Part shown: positions 1 to 12,879 of the stretch, in pieces | Layout: every line of letters begins with the position of its first letter | How positions within the stretch are numbered: the first letter of the stretch is position 1 | From: Octopus bimaculoides | Taxonomy: Eukaryota | Reading direction: 5' to 3' | Length of the DNA stretch: 64,000 nucleotides | Assembly (NCBI RefSeq): GCF_001194135.2 | Contig: NC_068981.1 | Span: 44,140,840-44,204,839 of the forward strand | Made by a program: the position numbers and the translations under genes | The notes under the pieces: generated by a model | The model's database searches: none | Told to the model about the DNA's origin: nothing | What the model saw: only the letters and a program-made list of their open reading frames with translations

Positions 1-186
1 CCTCGGAGAATTTTAGTCCAACGAACGGACGCTAGTACTTATTTTTTGTAAAGCAGAGTACTTATTCTGTTAGTCGCTTATGTCGGACAGTTAAGCTACG
101 GGAACTAAACACATTAACACCGGTTGTCATGCGGCTGTGGGGGAGAAACAGACATAGAAATTCGCACACTGTCTGTCTGTATCTCT

Positions 187-218
<32 letters not shown>

Positions 219-330
219 NNNNNNNNNNGTCAGGCGGTGATGGGGGAACAAACATAGACACAAAGACACATATAGATATATACATACATACATACATACA
301 AGCATACATATGTGTGTGTGTGTGTGTGTG
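1..330 (-). mobile_element. 3' half of a tRNA-derived CORE-type SINE (window starts inside it), running into (TA)n/(TG)n
   Basis: Diverged match to the element at 32140-32425 and 14385-14625 (ctagtacttatt...gtaaacac...ggttgtca.gcg...gggg.caaaca.agacac). Confidence 0.6.
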
Positions 331-547
331 TGAGTGTGTGTGTGTGTGTATATGTATATGCATGCAAATATACGTGTGAGAGTGTGTGTCCGTACGTGTA
401 CATATCAATAGATGTGTTTGCTCTCATGTGCATGTGAAAAAATATATAAAGGATATCAGCACGGTTTTATACGTGAAATATTGAAATATTTCATTCAGAA
501 AGACTTGATCAACTGATCCTTTGACAAAAATAATATTCTATTCATTT

Positions 548-781
548 GAGGCGGTGAGCTGGCAGAAACCTTAGCACGCCAGGAAAAATGCCCAGCGGTA
601 TTTTGTCTACCGTTAGGTTCTGACTTAAAATTCCGCCGAGGTCGACTTTATCTTTCATCCTTTCGAGGTTGAATTAAATAAGGACCAGTTACGCGTTGTA
701 GTCGATGTAGTCGACTTAATTCCTTTGTCTATCCTCGTTTGTCCTCTCTATGTTTAGCCCCCTGTGGGCAATAAAGAAATA
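548..781 (+). mobile_element. tRNA-derived SINE (aggcggcgagctggcagaa family) with 14-bp TSD
   Basis: Head ggcggtgagctggcagaa (A-box-like) and gttctgacttaaaattcc (B-box-like). Direct repeat aatattctattcat at 532-545 and 782-795. Homologous copies at 7629-7834, 16544-16776 and 49985-50190. Confidence 0.85.
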
Positions 782-3372
782 AATATTCTATTCATCTAAA
801 CTGAAGCAGATTTATCCGTTCACGTGCACGGTCCTCTAAATTTCTCGACATCTGATTATAGTTTCCTTAAGAACAGTTTCTCTCTGCTGCTTATTGTTTA
901 TTTTTCACATTATACTATCATTGCATTCATATGTTTCGAAGTCCTACGTCAACCTTGCATGCTTGGTTTCTAACCAACACATCCTACTACACACCAGTTA
1001 CCTTCATTCCAACCTCATTTACTTACCTGCAATGTGACACTTTCTCTCAATGATAAATGTAAAATAATTATCGAAATTTCCTATGCTAGAAGGCACTAGT
1101 CAAAACGTTCACACGGTGGATCAAATTTAGTCGGCTTTTGTAATGTCTTTGGTCCTTGTTGACGATATAAATGAATTTCAAAACTGCTGGCATCATAAAT
1201 TTACTTGGTTGTAATAAGCAACATGAAAAAGAAAACAAGCAAGTCCATTACATATACAATCTTTTCCTTCATAAATTAAAAAACTTATATTTCAATGTAC
1301 TGTTTTCTCATTGCTTAATCACAAAGAATCGCCGCTCCACACTGGTACTGTATTTCATCCGTCAGTGAAACTAAGGGAATGTGATGATATGGGGCCTACT
1401 GTTTAAAGTGTTGGGTTCCGGGCTGTGAAGTTGTGGGTTCACCTACTGGACCTGGCAACACGCTCAGTACATTTTTACGTTTCTCCAGTCTACTCAACTG
1501 TAATGCGTGTCAGCCCCATACTGGTGCAGGCCTTCATCTCTACATGTCACATCTGCAATGTTCCACTAGGACCAAGGTTGTATGGGCCAAGAATCTGACT
1601 AGTCTACCCCCGAGCACATAGGTACCTGACGCAGTTAGTGGAAGTACGGCCCATAATACTAAATCATGTTCACTTACAGTTGAAGACCGCTTGTGCTTTA
1701 AAAATAAATGAATTTATATCTGCTGAACATGCTAGAAATACTCGCTATATTTCATTTGAAGAGCACCCTGCTCTCCGATAGCTTTAAAAATGTGGTCCTA
1801 CATTCACTGCAACTAAAGAAACAAAACAGAAAGTAAACTGTTATAGCCAGAACATTTTCAATCATAGGTTTGCTCTATCAGTGTTGATTGGAAATATACT
1901 GTAAGAATGTCTAATCTATGTTTTCTATCCATAACATGAGTTCGACATAAGTTCCATTCCTGTCATCAATAATCTAAGGAGGCCATATAATAAGAATGCT
2001 GTATAAATCAATTCAGACACATAAACAGTTTTTTTAGTGATTTCCATTCTCTGAACTTTTTAATCACTGCTCAACCAACGTCTAACACCTGACAACACCA
2101 ATTTGTAAAAATTCAATGCGTATTCATTCTTTTTTTTTTAAATGTTTATGTAGAACAAACTAATGTCTCGCATAATACACAGGAAGACGATTTTCATAGT
2201 GATTATTTCACCATTGATTTCTTTTTTGTGGTTTCAGCCCTTGAACTGCATCCATGCTAGGCCATCGCCTTCAAGGCTTTTTAGTCAATTACCAAACGAT
2301 CATAGTCTGCTATTGATCTCTTTTATCGAAAGATAAACTTAACGTTTTGCACATAAAAACGTAGCAATACATATCTATTGTGCTAATCACTAGCACACAT
2401 AAATTTTCACACACTGATACTGATGATTGTTATGGGTATAACCCAGCTATTTGCTAAATGAGTGGGTATAAAACTGTCGGACTTTTGAGTTATCTGTAGT
2501 AATCTCAGCTAAGAAAATATTACATAGACTCCTCTGTAATATATAACACACACACATACATGAATTAGGTCTTTTCACAGTTTCTGCTTTTCAAATTAGA
2601 CTCAAAGTAGTGTTCAATCCGAGTTTATATGAAGTTTTCTTAGATGCCATGTTGTGAAATCAAGCCAAAAACAACATGAAAGCGAAGCGCACTTCTTCAT
2701 CACGCTACAATTCATGTTAACTAATTCCACATAATTATAGCAGAAATATATCCCTATTTCTAATGTTGAAGTCCTTCAAGCGGTTGCTTGGCATGGAACA
2801 TTGGCCTGACTAATTAGGGTTCAATTGCAATGACAGGAATGCACCAAAATTAAAATTTGAAGTACAATACTTAGCAGTTGGTAATATTTACAGCAACTAT
2901 TTAAATAAAGTTGTCACTTGATATCGAATGCACCTGGATATTCTAATGCGTTTTCCTAAGTCTGTCTATTTCATTAAACATTCATCATCAGTTTAACACT
3001 ACCACATAGCGTAGTATACACTTAACAGAATATAATCATGTCCATTACCACTAATAATATGGCATTTAACTATCTGACATATTTCCTATCATGGCGCATC
3101 AAAATCTTTCATAGATTCCTTTGTAAGGGCAATATACTAAATTTGATCTAACAGTCTCTTCTTCTACATTTGAGTCATTTTCTTTTTTCTTTTGTAAAGC
3201 AACTGTAAAAATGAAATTCGATAAATTTCTTGTAATATTGCGAGAATAGGATCACTAAATAATGTACGTTTCCTTCACATTTGTCATTTTTGTTTCAAAT
3301 TATATACATATAGTTATTTTCTTATTACGAATTCGTATTAGCAACATTTTACGCCATGTATATTTGTTGATG

Positions 3373-3759
3373 TGGAGGTGCAATGGCCCAGTGGTTAGGG
3401 CAGCGGATTCGAGGTCACAGGATCGCGGTTTCGATTCCCAGACCGGGCGTTGTGAGTGTTTATTGAGCGAAAACACCTAAAGTTCCACGAGGCTCCGGCA
3501 GGGGGTGGTGGCGAACCCTACTGTACTTTTTCACCACAACTTTCTCTCACTCTTTCTTCCTGTTTCTGTTGTACCTGCATTTCAAAGGACCAGCCTTGTC
3601 ACACTCTGTGTCACGCTGAATCTGCCTGAGAACTACGTTAAGGGTACACGTGTCTCTGGAGTGCTCAGTCACTTGCACGTTAATTTCACGAGCCGGCTGT
3701 TCCGTTGACCGGATCAACTAGAACCCTCGTCGTCGTAACCGACGGAGTGCTAACCACAA
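3373..3759 (+). mobile_element. Full-length tRNA-derived SINE with 11-bp TSD
   Basis: tRNA-like head with A box tggcccagtggtt and B box ggtttcgattccc, followed by ~300 bp non-tRNA body. Direct repeat atttgttgatg at 3362-3372 and 3760-3770. Confidence 0.85.
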
Positions 3760-4231
3760 ATTTGTTGATGGATATTCCCTTGCGAATACAGTTAGCAATT
3801 CACACCTAGTTTTAACTGAGAATTGAAATAGCTATCTACTTAAAATTTATTTCATAATCATATAGTTTCAAGTTCGATACCATATTGGACCAGTCCGGCA
3901 TTACAAATAATGCAGTACCGATACGAGGCATGCCCATTAAATGAACTGATGTGTATCAGTTGTAATTTGTCTGCCATTTCCACACCAGTCTTGTTTGAGA
4001 TACGCAGAAATTATACTTTAAAAGTGATATAATTGGTGTGTCATTGTGTTGTTTCTAAGTTTTCTAGTTATTCAAATAACTCAGATTTATCCGGATACAA
4101 TAGATACGATAGATGCTTCTAAAGAAAGGAATTATTAACTACCCACAACACAGATAAATAGTTGAAAGGACATTTTTCTTGATTGCTCTAAGATAATATC
4201 TGTTTTAATTAATATGTAATGAACCAATATA

Positions 4232-4453
4232 CAGTAATCCCTCGACTATCGCGTGTGTTACGTTAAAAAAACCGCACGATAGGTGAAAATCCGCGAAGTA
4301 GAAGCAGTACTGTACTGTATATATTTTGAAATTATTTTTGTAATTTGTATATATTTATTTTATTATAAATGCAAAACAACACAACGGAGGAATCGACATA
4401 AGCTTAAATAATAAACCGCGATGGGTGAACTGCGGTACGGCGAGGGATTACTG
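4232..4453. mobile_element. 222-bp MITE, pogo/Tigger-like (Tc1/mariner superfamily)
   Basis: Perfect 13-bp TIR cagtaatccctcg / cgagggattactg, TA on both flanks (4230-4231, 4454-4455), no coding capacity. Confidence 0.85.
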
Positions 4454-5223
4454 TATTTGAATCTACTTAAAACTGAATACATCCACACAGAAAACGCTGT
4501 TAGTCATTGCAGTTGTGTTACATAAATTCCTGGCTCGCTAGAATTCACTACACAGTTTGCGTATTTGTGTGAGGTTGAGCTACAGTTGAAACTTTGAATT
4601 TAGAAACAGTAACATACACACGGAGTGGGAGTGAGAAATAAAGAAAGAGAGATAGAGGGAAAGAGAGAGTGAGACGGGCGTAGAGAAGTTTTACAATAAC
4701 CATTACCATGATAGTGATGTTGGTGATGAGTATGATGTTCATGATGGTGACAGTTAAGTATTGTAATTAGCTCGCACTTGATAAAGTATACATATGCTTA
4801 TTATTTTTCTTTCGAAATGGTGGAGTGTCAGAAAGAGTAAACTGTTCGACTAAATAATTTGTAGTTTAGATAACTCTCTTGAAATTTTGAGTTAAAAATC
4901 TGTGCAGGTACATTTTGCTTTCCATTACCCATCCCACGTGATCGATAAAAGATATTCAAGTTAAGTTGATAAATGAAGTACTCTGATGTGTATCATCGAT
5001 TATACCCTAGAATTATTATTGTAACCTAGATAAAAACAAGTAATCAAAGTACCAATAATGCAAATTGGCTCCTTACAGAAAAGGTTTAGTTTGCTTAATT
5101 ATGTCCAACAGGGTGTTACTATACATGTGTTGTTACACACAAGTATGAAAGTGCATATCTTATAATGTTTCAATATACAGAGTTATACACACACAAACCT
5201 AGAAACACACATATATGCATGTG

Positions 5224-5278
<55 letters not shown>

Positions 5279-5898
5279 ATATATATATATATACGTATAT
5301 ATACACACACACTCACACATATAATTTTATGCGTGTATATATGTATAATAATTTGTGTATTTGTGTGATGAGTGCTCTCTGTGTCAATTTATTGTGTGAT
5401 TTTTGCATTTATCTATTCAAGGCATATTTTTGGAATTATCTTCCTTTTATTTAGCCGTTAAGTTACGAAAGAACTGGTATTTACAAAACATAATCTGCTT
5501 CAGAAGTATCTATATAGATATTGATAACAATAACTTAAATTTTTTTTTGCATAGGACAATAGGCAGATCATTCAGAGCCAACGCATCAATATACAAATCT
5601 ACCCTAAAGAATATTCCAGTAATATCCATCTGCATGGATAGATTTCAAGAATGATATCAACAACAGCAATTGTAACAATAACAGTAATGATCAAAAGTAA
5701 AAGAAAAAATAACGCATTTAGATCATTATTATGCTAAGCAAAATATGGAATCATAGAAGTGTGGTTGGATGAGATTATTATTAGTATCATCATTATTATT
5801 ATTATCATTAATTTTTTCGTCTTTGAGTCTCTATTGTTACTGTTCTTCGGCATAGACAAGTTAAGGAAGAGAAAAGCAAAAATGAATAAAATATCAGA

Positions 5899-5953
<55 letters not shown>

Positions 5954-6756
5954 TTTTTATTTACCATTAATGCTGTAGTATAAATGTAACAAAGGCAATA
6001 TCAAATTCATGCTCACATTAAAACGAAAAAAATAATTTGTTTATATCCACTATTCTGAATGTATGCCATTATGATACATGCATATAAGTGTGCGTTTATG
6101 TGTTGTATACATTTGTGTGATCATATGTTTATTTATAACTGAACATATCTTTGAACATATGTGTATACGTACAATAATTCATACACATAACTCATGCAGA
6201 TACATACGTATATATATATATAAGTATATATATATAAAGATATATATATGCATATACTCATATATNNNNNNNNNNTATATATATATATATATATATATAC
6301 GCATGCATATATAATTATACATAGATACATTTACATGCGTGTGTCTGTATGTGTGTGTGTTTGTGTGTGTGTGTACATAATCACATGAAAGTTCATATAT
6401 CTTGAATTCTATATCGGTAATTCATGAAACCTTTACCCACAATAATAAAATAACCACCGCAAACTATTAAGTTAGACAGTAATAAGCATGTAGACTAGTG
6501 GTTAACTAGCAACTATTTCAGGTATTTCTGACTTATGATTTGATTCGACTAATTGAATCAACTTGAGACCAAATTTTTTCAATTTTGAAATTATTGAACA
6601 TATATATAAAATCTGAATTATCTACTGCTGGAATTAAAGACTTTGAATTATGTAAAATTAAGAATCTGCTTCACTAACGTATAAACTAATTATTCTCAAA
6701 GATAGAGAAGTAATATTTTTCTCAAATGGTACCATTTCTTTTTAACATTATTACTA

Positions 6757-7749
6757 ATTACTAATTTAAATATGAATATATAAAAACTATGATTTTAAAT
6801 ATTCAATCAGCTTCTCTAACGTAATAAAAAGTCGAAGCGAATGATAATACTCCAGACATATGTCCCGAAGAGAGAAAATGTTTTTTTTGTTTTTTTTGGA
6901 AATATACGTAATAGTAGTTGGCAAGCGGGAAAAAAACAAAACAAAAGAGAGAAAAGGAATATAGTATACACTTGGTAAATAAATCTAAGCTCTAATCATA
7001 AGGAAATATGGGAGGAAAACTGAAAACAAACACGTTCTCGAAATTCTTGTATTGAATTAGAAGAGCTCTCCACTCACCACCTAATAATGAAAAAATTAAT
7101 ATCATTGGGATGCAGGTAAAATTCAAATCGTATTAAAGCTTGTGAAGGTGATACGCGTTTGCAAATATCACGATCGATGTGGCAGAATCGTTGTTGAACA
7201 TTTTCCTTTAAGAATTAGATTATTTAGAATAGGAAAATAACATCTCCGAATTATTTTACTGTCACAGATGAAAACTTTAATGGCTATATATCTACAATAT
7301 ATCTACAATAAAGACTTCGGATTTAGGTTGAACACCAGCATTGTCAATGGGATGTGTTTAGTCTATACCATAAAACACAGAATTTCACTGATATTCAATT
7401 TAACGACCTCGAACAGATGAAAAGTAAAGATGAAATCGGTGGAACTTCAAATCAGAATGTAATGAGCCGCTGGAACAAATATCGCACGGCATTAATTTGA
7501 CGATCTAAAGATTCGAGCAGCTCACTTCACATATCCCTACATTTCATATTATGGAATGCTCCCAGACTGGAATAATGTATAGTTTATATCGTAGCTGCAA
7601 AAGTATAATGTTTCAATACGGAGATATTCTTTTCTACCCTAGAATCTACACCCGAATTTTTGGGTGAGAGGGCCAGTCGATTAGATCGACCCCAGTACGC
7701 AACTGGTACTTAATTTATCGAATTCGAAAGGATGAAAGGCAAAGTCGAC
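6757..7749 (+). repeat. Left arm of ~990-bp inverted duplication
   Basis: Reverse complement of 10157-11143 throughout, e.g. gatgcaggtaaaattcaaatcgtattaaagcttgtgaagg vs ccttcacaagctttaatacgatttggattttacctgcatc. Confidence 0.95.
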
Positions 7750-7834
7750 GGAATTTGAACTCAGAACGTAAAGACAGACGAAATACCACTAAGCGTTTCG
7801 CCCGGATGCTAAGGTTCCGGCTAGCTCGCCGACA
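7629..7834 (-). mobile_element. tRNA-derived SINE with 18-bp TSD
   Basis: Same family as 548-781 on the minus strand. Direct repeat tttcaatacggagatatt at 7611-7628 and 7835-7852. Confidence 0.9.
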
Positions 7835-8843
7835 TTTCAATACGGAGATATTTATAAAACAAAGCATTCAGTACCGCTGTGTTATGCCAGCAGTTGTATT
7901 GCTATTCTGCCACACTCGCGTGACATGGCTTGTAAACGGGTACAACTTTTATACTCATATCCATGAGTATTTCAGTCGTTCAAATCTTTCAAACGTTGTA
8001 TACATTTGTAAAATTCCACTTTCTCCAAACGAAAATGTCATACATATACGTAAAACTTGCCAGATCATATAAACAATCAATGATTTTTATAAAGATATAA
8101 AATACATATATTTTGTTTTCATTTCATTGATTGTCATTGTATCGATCATTTCGTGTCNNNNNNNNNNNNNNNNNNNNNNNNNNNNNNNNNNNNNNNNNNN
8201 NNNNNNNNNNNNNNNNNNNNNNNNNNNNNNNNNNNNNNNNNNNNNNNNNNNNNNNNNNNNNNNNNNNNNNNNNNNNNNNNNNNNNNNNNNNNNNNNNNNN
8301 NNNNNNNNNNNNNNNNNNNNNNNNNNNNNNNNNNNNNNNNNNNNNNNNNNNNNNNNNNNNNNNNNNNNNNNNNNNNNNNNNNNNNNNNNNNNNNNNNNNN
8401 NNNNNNNNNNNNNNNNNNNNNNNNNNNNNNNNNNNNNNNNNNNNNNNNNNNNNNNNNNNNNNNNNNNNNNNNNNNNNNNNNNNNNNNNNNNNNNNNNNNN
8501 NNNNNNNNNNNNNNNNNNNNNNNNNNNNNNNNNNNNNNNNNNNNNNNNNNNNNNNNNNNNNNNNNNNNNNNNNNNNNNNNNNNNNNNNNNNNNNNNNNNN
8601 NNNNNNNNNNNNNNNNNNNNNNNNNNNNNNNNNNNNNNNNNNNNNNNNNNNNNNNNNNNNNNNNNNNNNNNNNNNNNNNNNNNNNNNNNNNNNNNNNNNN
8701 NNNNNNNNNNNNNNNNNNNNNNNNNNNNNNNNNNNNNNNNNNNNNNNNNNNNNNNNNNNNNNNNNNNNNNNNNNNNNNNNNNNNNNNNNNNNNNNNNNNN
8801 NNNNNNNNNNNNNNNNNNNNNNNNNNNNNNNNNNNNNNNNNNN

Positions 8844-9259
8844 ACACTACATTCAAACATGTGCACAGACATATAATCAGAATAGCTGGGTGAGGTTTGT
8901 TTTCCATGGGTTCGCAGGTGAGATTTGAGGCCAGCCAAGGACAGACATGGTCTGTCACAGACTGTGCACACAAAAAGGTCCTTGTCATTCACCTTCTCAG
9001 TCTTCACCTTTTTCCTTAAATGTCTCTTGAGCCCTGCTTGCATCATCCTGGCCTCTTCAAATGCTTTCACTCCACTCCACACCCTTGTTCGCCATCCAAC
9101 TCGATCTGAAGCGAGGACTTCTATATCTTTTGGAGCCATTCCAATTGACTTCATAGCAGTCCTTATGCCATCCTTAAACCTTTTTTTAGGTTTATGCCGA
9201 TAACGTTTCCCCTCTGCAAGCTCACCATAAATAGATAGATATACGAGTCTAATGCGCAT
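8844..9259 (-). mobile_element. RTE-clade LINE ORF C-terminus with C2H2 zinc finger; 3' part runs into an N-gap
   Basis: Open frame IYGELAEGKRYRHKPKKRFKD...LASDRVGWR...FEEAR...CTVCDRPCLSLAGLKSHLRTH. This matches the RTE LYGEL..G.R..G.P..RFKD motif and C-terminal zinc finger, also seen degraded at 20600-21480. Confidence 0.85.
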
Positions 9260-9900
9260 CTATATTAAACACAGTGATCGATTCGATCATAGCTGCTTCA
9301 GCTCAGAATGGTGTTATAATGTTCATCTAGTTGGGTTGCATCTATCATTGCAGGCCGTGTCACTTCAACCGCCTGGTGTAGAGAAAGATGTAATGTGTTC
9401 TCATTGGGATGATGTTCTGGGTAGGTGAAATTTATAGAGGGAATTATAGTGATATAAACATAGCCACATAGATAGATGTGCCTATATATATGTAAGTGTT
9501 TCTGTTTGTGTGTTTGTGTGTTTTTGCCTGAATGTATATGCACACATACACACATACACACGCGCACACACACGCGCACACACTCATATATATATGTACA
9601 TACACANNNNNNNNNNNNNNNNNNNNNNNNNNNNNNNNNNNNNNNNNNNNNNNNNNNNNNNNNNNNNNNNNNNNNNNNNNNNNNNNNNNNNNNNNNNNNN
9701 NNNNNNAAACACAAGCGCATTGAACATATAGATCCTAAAAGCATAAAAAAATGTACATTTATATACATATACAAAAGATAATAGAACCTGCAAAAGCAAT
9801 ATAGATGAAATCGTTTGAGGAAAACAACAGGGCATAAATCTATGCATATAAACGGCGACTTAGGTGTTGAAAACGATAAAAATTTTAAAAATCAAATTTG

Positions 9901-10076
9901 TAAAATATAAGACGATAGCCAGAAAAATGTCCATTCAGAGTCAATTTTTATGGCCGATTCAAAGGTCATCGCCAAATTTGAAATATGATACATAATTGAA
10001 ATTTGGCGATGTCCTTTGAAAAAGGCCGTAGAAATTGACGCCGAACGGATTTTTCTGGTTATCGTCTTATATTTTA
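9901..10076. repeat. Imperfect palindrome / fold-back MITE-like element (~80-bp arms, ~14-bp loop)
   Basis: taaaatataagacgatagccagaaaaat...aaaggtcatcgccaaattt pairs with aaatttggcgatgtcctttgaa...atttttctggttatcgtcttatatttta. Confidence 0.85.
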
Positions 10077-10156
10077 ATATTATTTAAGTTACGTATATTA
10101 TGATCGTTCCAACTACGTAGTCACCGTTTGTATGCATAGATTCATTCCATGTTTTT

Positions 10157-11143
10157 GTTGACTTTGCCTTTCATCCTTTCGGATTCGATAAATTAAGTAC
10201 CAGTTGCGTACTGGAGTCGATCTAATCGACTGGCCCTCTCACCCAAAATTTTGGGCCTAGATCATAGGGTAGAAAAGAATATCTCCGTATTGAAACATTA
10301 TACTTTTGCAGCTACGATATAAACTATACATTATTCCAGTCTGGGAGCATTCCATAATATGAAATGTAGGGATATGTGAAGTGAGCTGCTCGAATCTTTA
10401 GATTGTCAAATTAATGCCGTGCGATATTTGTTCCAGCGGCTCATTACATTCTGATTTCAAGTTCCACCGATTTCATCTTTACTTTTCATCTGTTCGAGGT
10501 CGTTAAAATGAATATCAGTGAAATTCTGTGTTTTATGGTATAGACTAAACACATTCCATTGACAATGCTGGTGTTCAACCTAAATCCGAAGTCTTTATTG
10601 TAGATATATTGTAGATATATAGCCATTAAAGTTTTCATCTGTGACAGTAAAATAATTCGGAGATGTTATTTTCCTATTCTAAATAATCTAATTCTTAAAG
10701 GAAAATGTTCAACAACGATTCTACCACATCGATCGTGATATTTGCAAATGCGTATCACCTTCACAAGCTTTAATACGATTTGGATTTTACCTGCATCCCA
10801 ATGATATTAATTTTTTCATTATTAGGTGGTGAGTGGCGAGCTCTTCTAATTCAATACAAGAATTTCGAGAACGTTTTTGTTTTCAGTTTTCCTCCCATAT
10901 TTCCTTATGATTAGAGCTTAGATTTATTTACCAAGTGTATACTATATTCCTTTTTCTCTTTTGTTTTTGTTTTTTCGGTTTGCCATCTACTATTCCGTAT
11001 ATTTCCAAATAAAAAAGCGATCTTCTATCTTCGGGACATTCTATCTGGAGTATTATCGTTCTCTTCGACTTTTCGTTACGTTAGAGAAGCTGATTGAATA
11101 TTTAAAATCTTAGTTTTTCTATATTCATATTTAAATTAGTAAT
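10157..11143 (-). repeat. Right arm of ~990-bp inverted duplication; begins inside the SINE, so carries only its 3' half
   Basis: Reverse complement of 6757-7749; inner breakpoint at the SINE gtcgacttt motif. Confidence 0.95.
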
Positions 11144-11749
11144 ATTACATATTAGAATATTTCTTTCTTATTGTAAATCTTTTGACAAAGTATTATGAAT
11201 ATCCTGACTTCAAATTTTTTGTTGCTATTCTCGTATCTTTCCCGAAAGACATATTTGGCTCTTAAATTTGAAGCAGTTTACAAAGCATGATGCCACAGTA
11301 TTGACGCTGACATAATTGCATACGCTGTCGTAAATATAGTAACAAATGACACGATTTCAAAACGTGTAAGTATACTTTCAATTGGAATGGTCTTTTATTG
11401 CTTGATGCCTTAACAAAAATGACGGTAGCAACATGTAAAAATTATACTTTAAAAAAGTGTAAGAATTAAAACTCATGCTTTAATAATGTATATGATTTAC
11501 ATTATTAACGTTATTCAGTTGAAACGTTGTGTTAACAACAAACAAGATGAGTACAAATATCCGTCAAATGTGACCGATGTAAATAATGTAATGTGAGGGT
11601 GATGTTATCTTAAAGTTACCTAATTTATTTATACAATCAAAGGTTTATATTTAATTTGATATATAGAGATTACATATATAGAGAAAAGAGAAATGTTATT
11701 TAAAATATTAAATAAATTAAATTCTGATTAGAATTTAAAAATTCAATAT

Positions 11750-11832
11750 TTAATAAAATGTACATGCAAGAAAAAAAGTGTAGATAACAACTGCTGTAAA
11801 TGAGAACGTGGGGGACATTTTCGCTCTCGCAC
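11750..11832 (-). CDS. Terminal coding exon of unnamed minus-strand gene: (G)ARAKMSPTFSFTAVVIYTFFLACTFY*, GPI-signal-like hydrophobic tail
   Basis: Strong acceptor tactcttcctttgtatttttcag. Phase 1 matches the upstream exon. TAA at 11752-11750; AATAAA on the minus strand at 11624-11629. Confidence 0.8.
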
Positions 11833-12811
11833 CTGAAAAATACAAAGGAAGAGTAAAATTGAATGTAAATAATTATAGAAATGCGTATTTTAAAACAAAA
11901 GTGAGCCTCGCTTACTCATTTATCACATAATTCATGCAAAATTGTTGAAGTGAAAGTAACTGAAAATGAAATTATCGTTACTGAAATAATGATATTTATA
12001 CAATTAAATGACAACTCCCGAGTTTAATGTTGTAACCAAATACACAGGTTGGATTTGTCTTTATATCCTGAGTAATACAACATATAGGAACGAGAGATTT
12101 AACAATGTGTACTTCAATTTGTTGTACGTATATTATGAGAAAAGATTTCATTTCTTAACTTTGTAGGAAGAGAATATTAGACAACATAATGTACAAACAT
12201 TATAACATAATTCATTTGATCAAATGTATTGATTTTTACATTTATCATTGCTTGTACATGTCGAGGAATTTGTTAAACAATTTTGTATTTAAGTGTAAAC
12301 AAAATGTCGAAAAGTATTTTATGAGAAGTTCAGTCAAAATTTAAAATCAAGAATACCTTACACTTTTGGAATATGACATAGGAATAGATGACAAAATGTA
12401 GAAGTAAATAAGAATGAAAAACGCCAGTCCTGACGAAATTTAAAGGATTTTACCAATATATCTATTGTTGTCTTCTATAAGTTTGATACCTAAAGATTTT
12501 AATTTAGTGATCAGAAAATATGCTTCCGTTGTGTTTGCAGTCAAATAAATTATGTATTTTTTAGTGATAAAATGATTCTACCGGTGTACTAAATATCAAT
12601 TAAATGTGCGATTATAAAATACGACCGAACTATATATTATAGTTTGTCTACGATTTATGAGGTGGATTATTTTGTCTCCATGCGAAAAAATATGCAATAA
12701 TGAAAATGTAATCAAAATGTCCGTGCCTCACAAATATATTATTTTTTACATTTTGTATAAAAACATCAACCTCACGCAGAAGAAAAAAGGTTTCACACAA
12801 ATGCAACTAAC

Positions 12812-12879
12812 CACTCGTAGGATCCGGATTGCTTTCAAGATCATGCTTGTCTAAGCTCTGAGATTTGATGTTACAGAAC
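12812..12879 (-). CDS. Internal exon, 68 nt: (K)FCNIKSQSLDKHDLESNPDPTS
   Basis: Acceptor gatttttgtatttcag, donor gttagt, phase 2 to 1; open frame joins both neighbours. Confidence 0.8.

Noticed and set aside
125-270. Apparent duplication of gcgg.tg.ggggga.aaaca.agaca across the short gap at 219-229
   Set aside because: Most likely redundant contig ends around a (TA)n gap.
3373-3450. tRNA gene
   Set aside because: The tRNA-like head continues into a SINE body bounded by a TSD; no complete acceptor stem or terminator.
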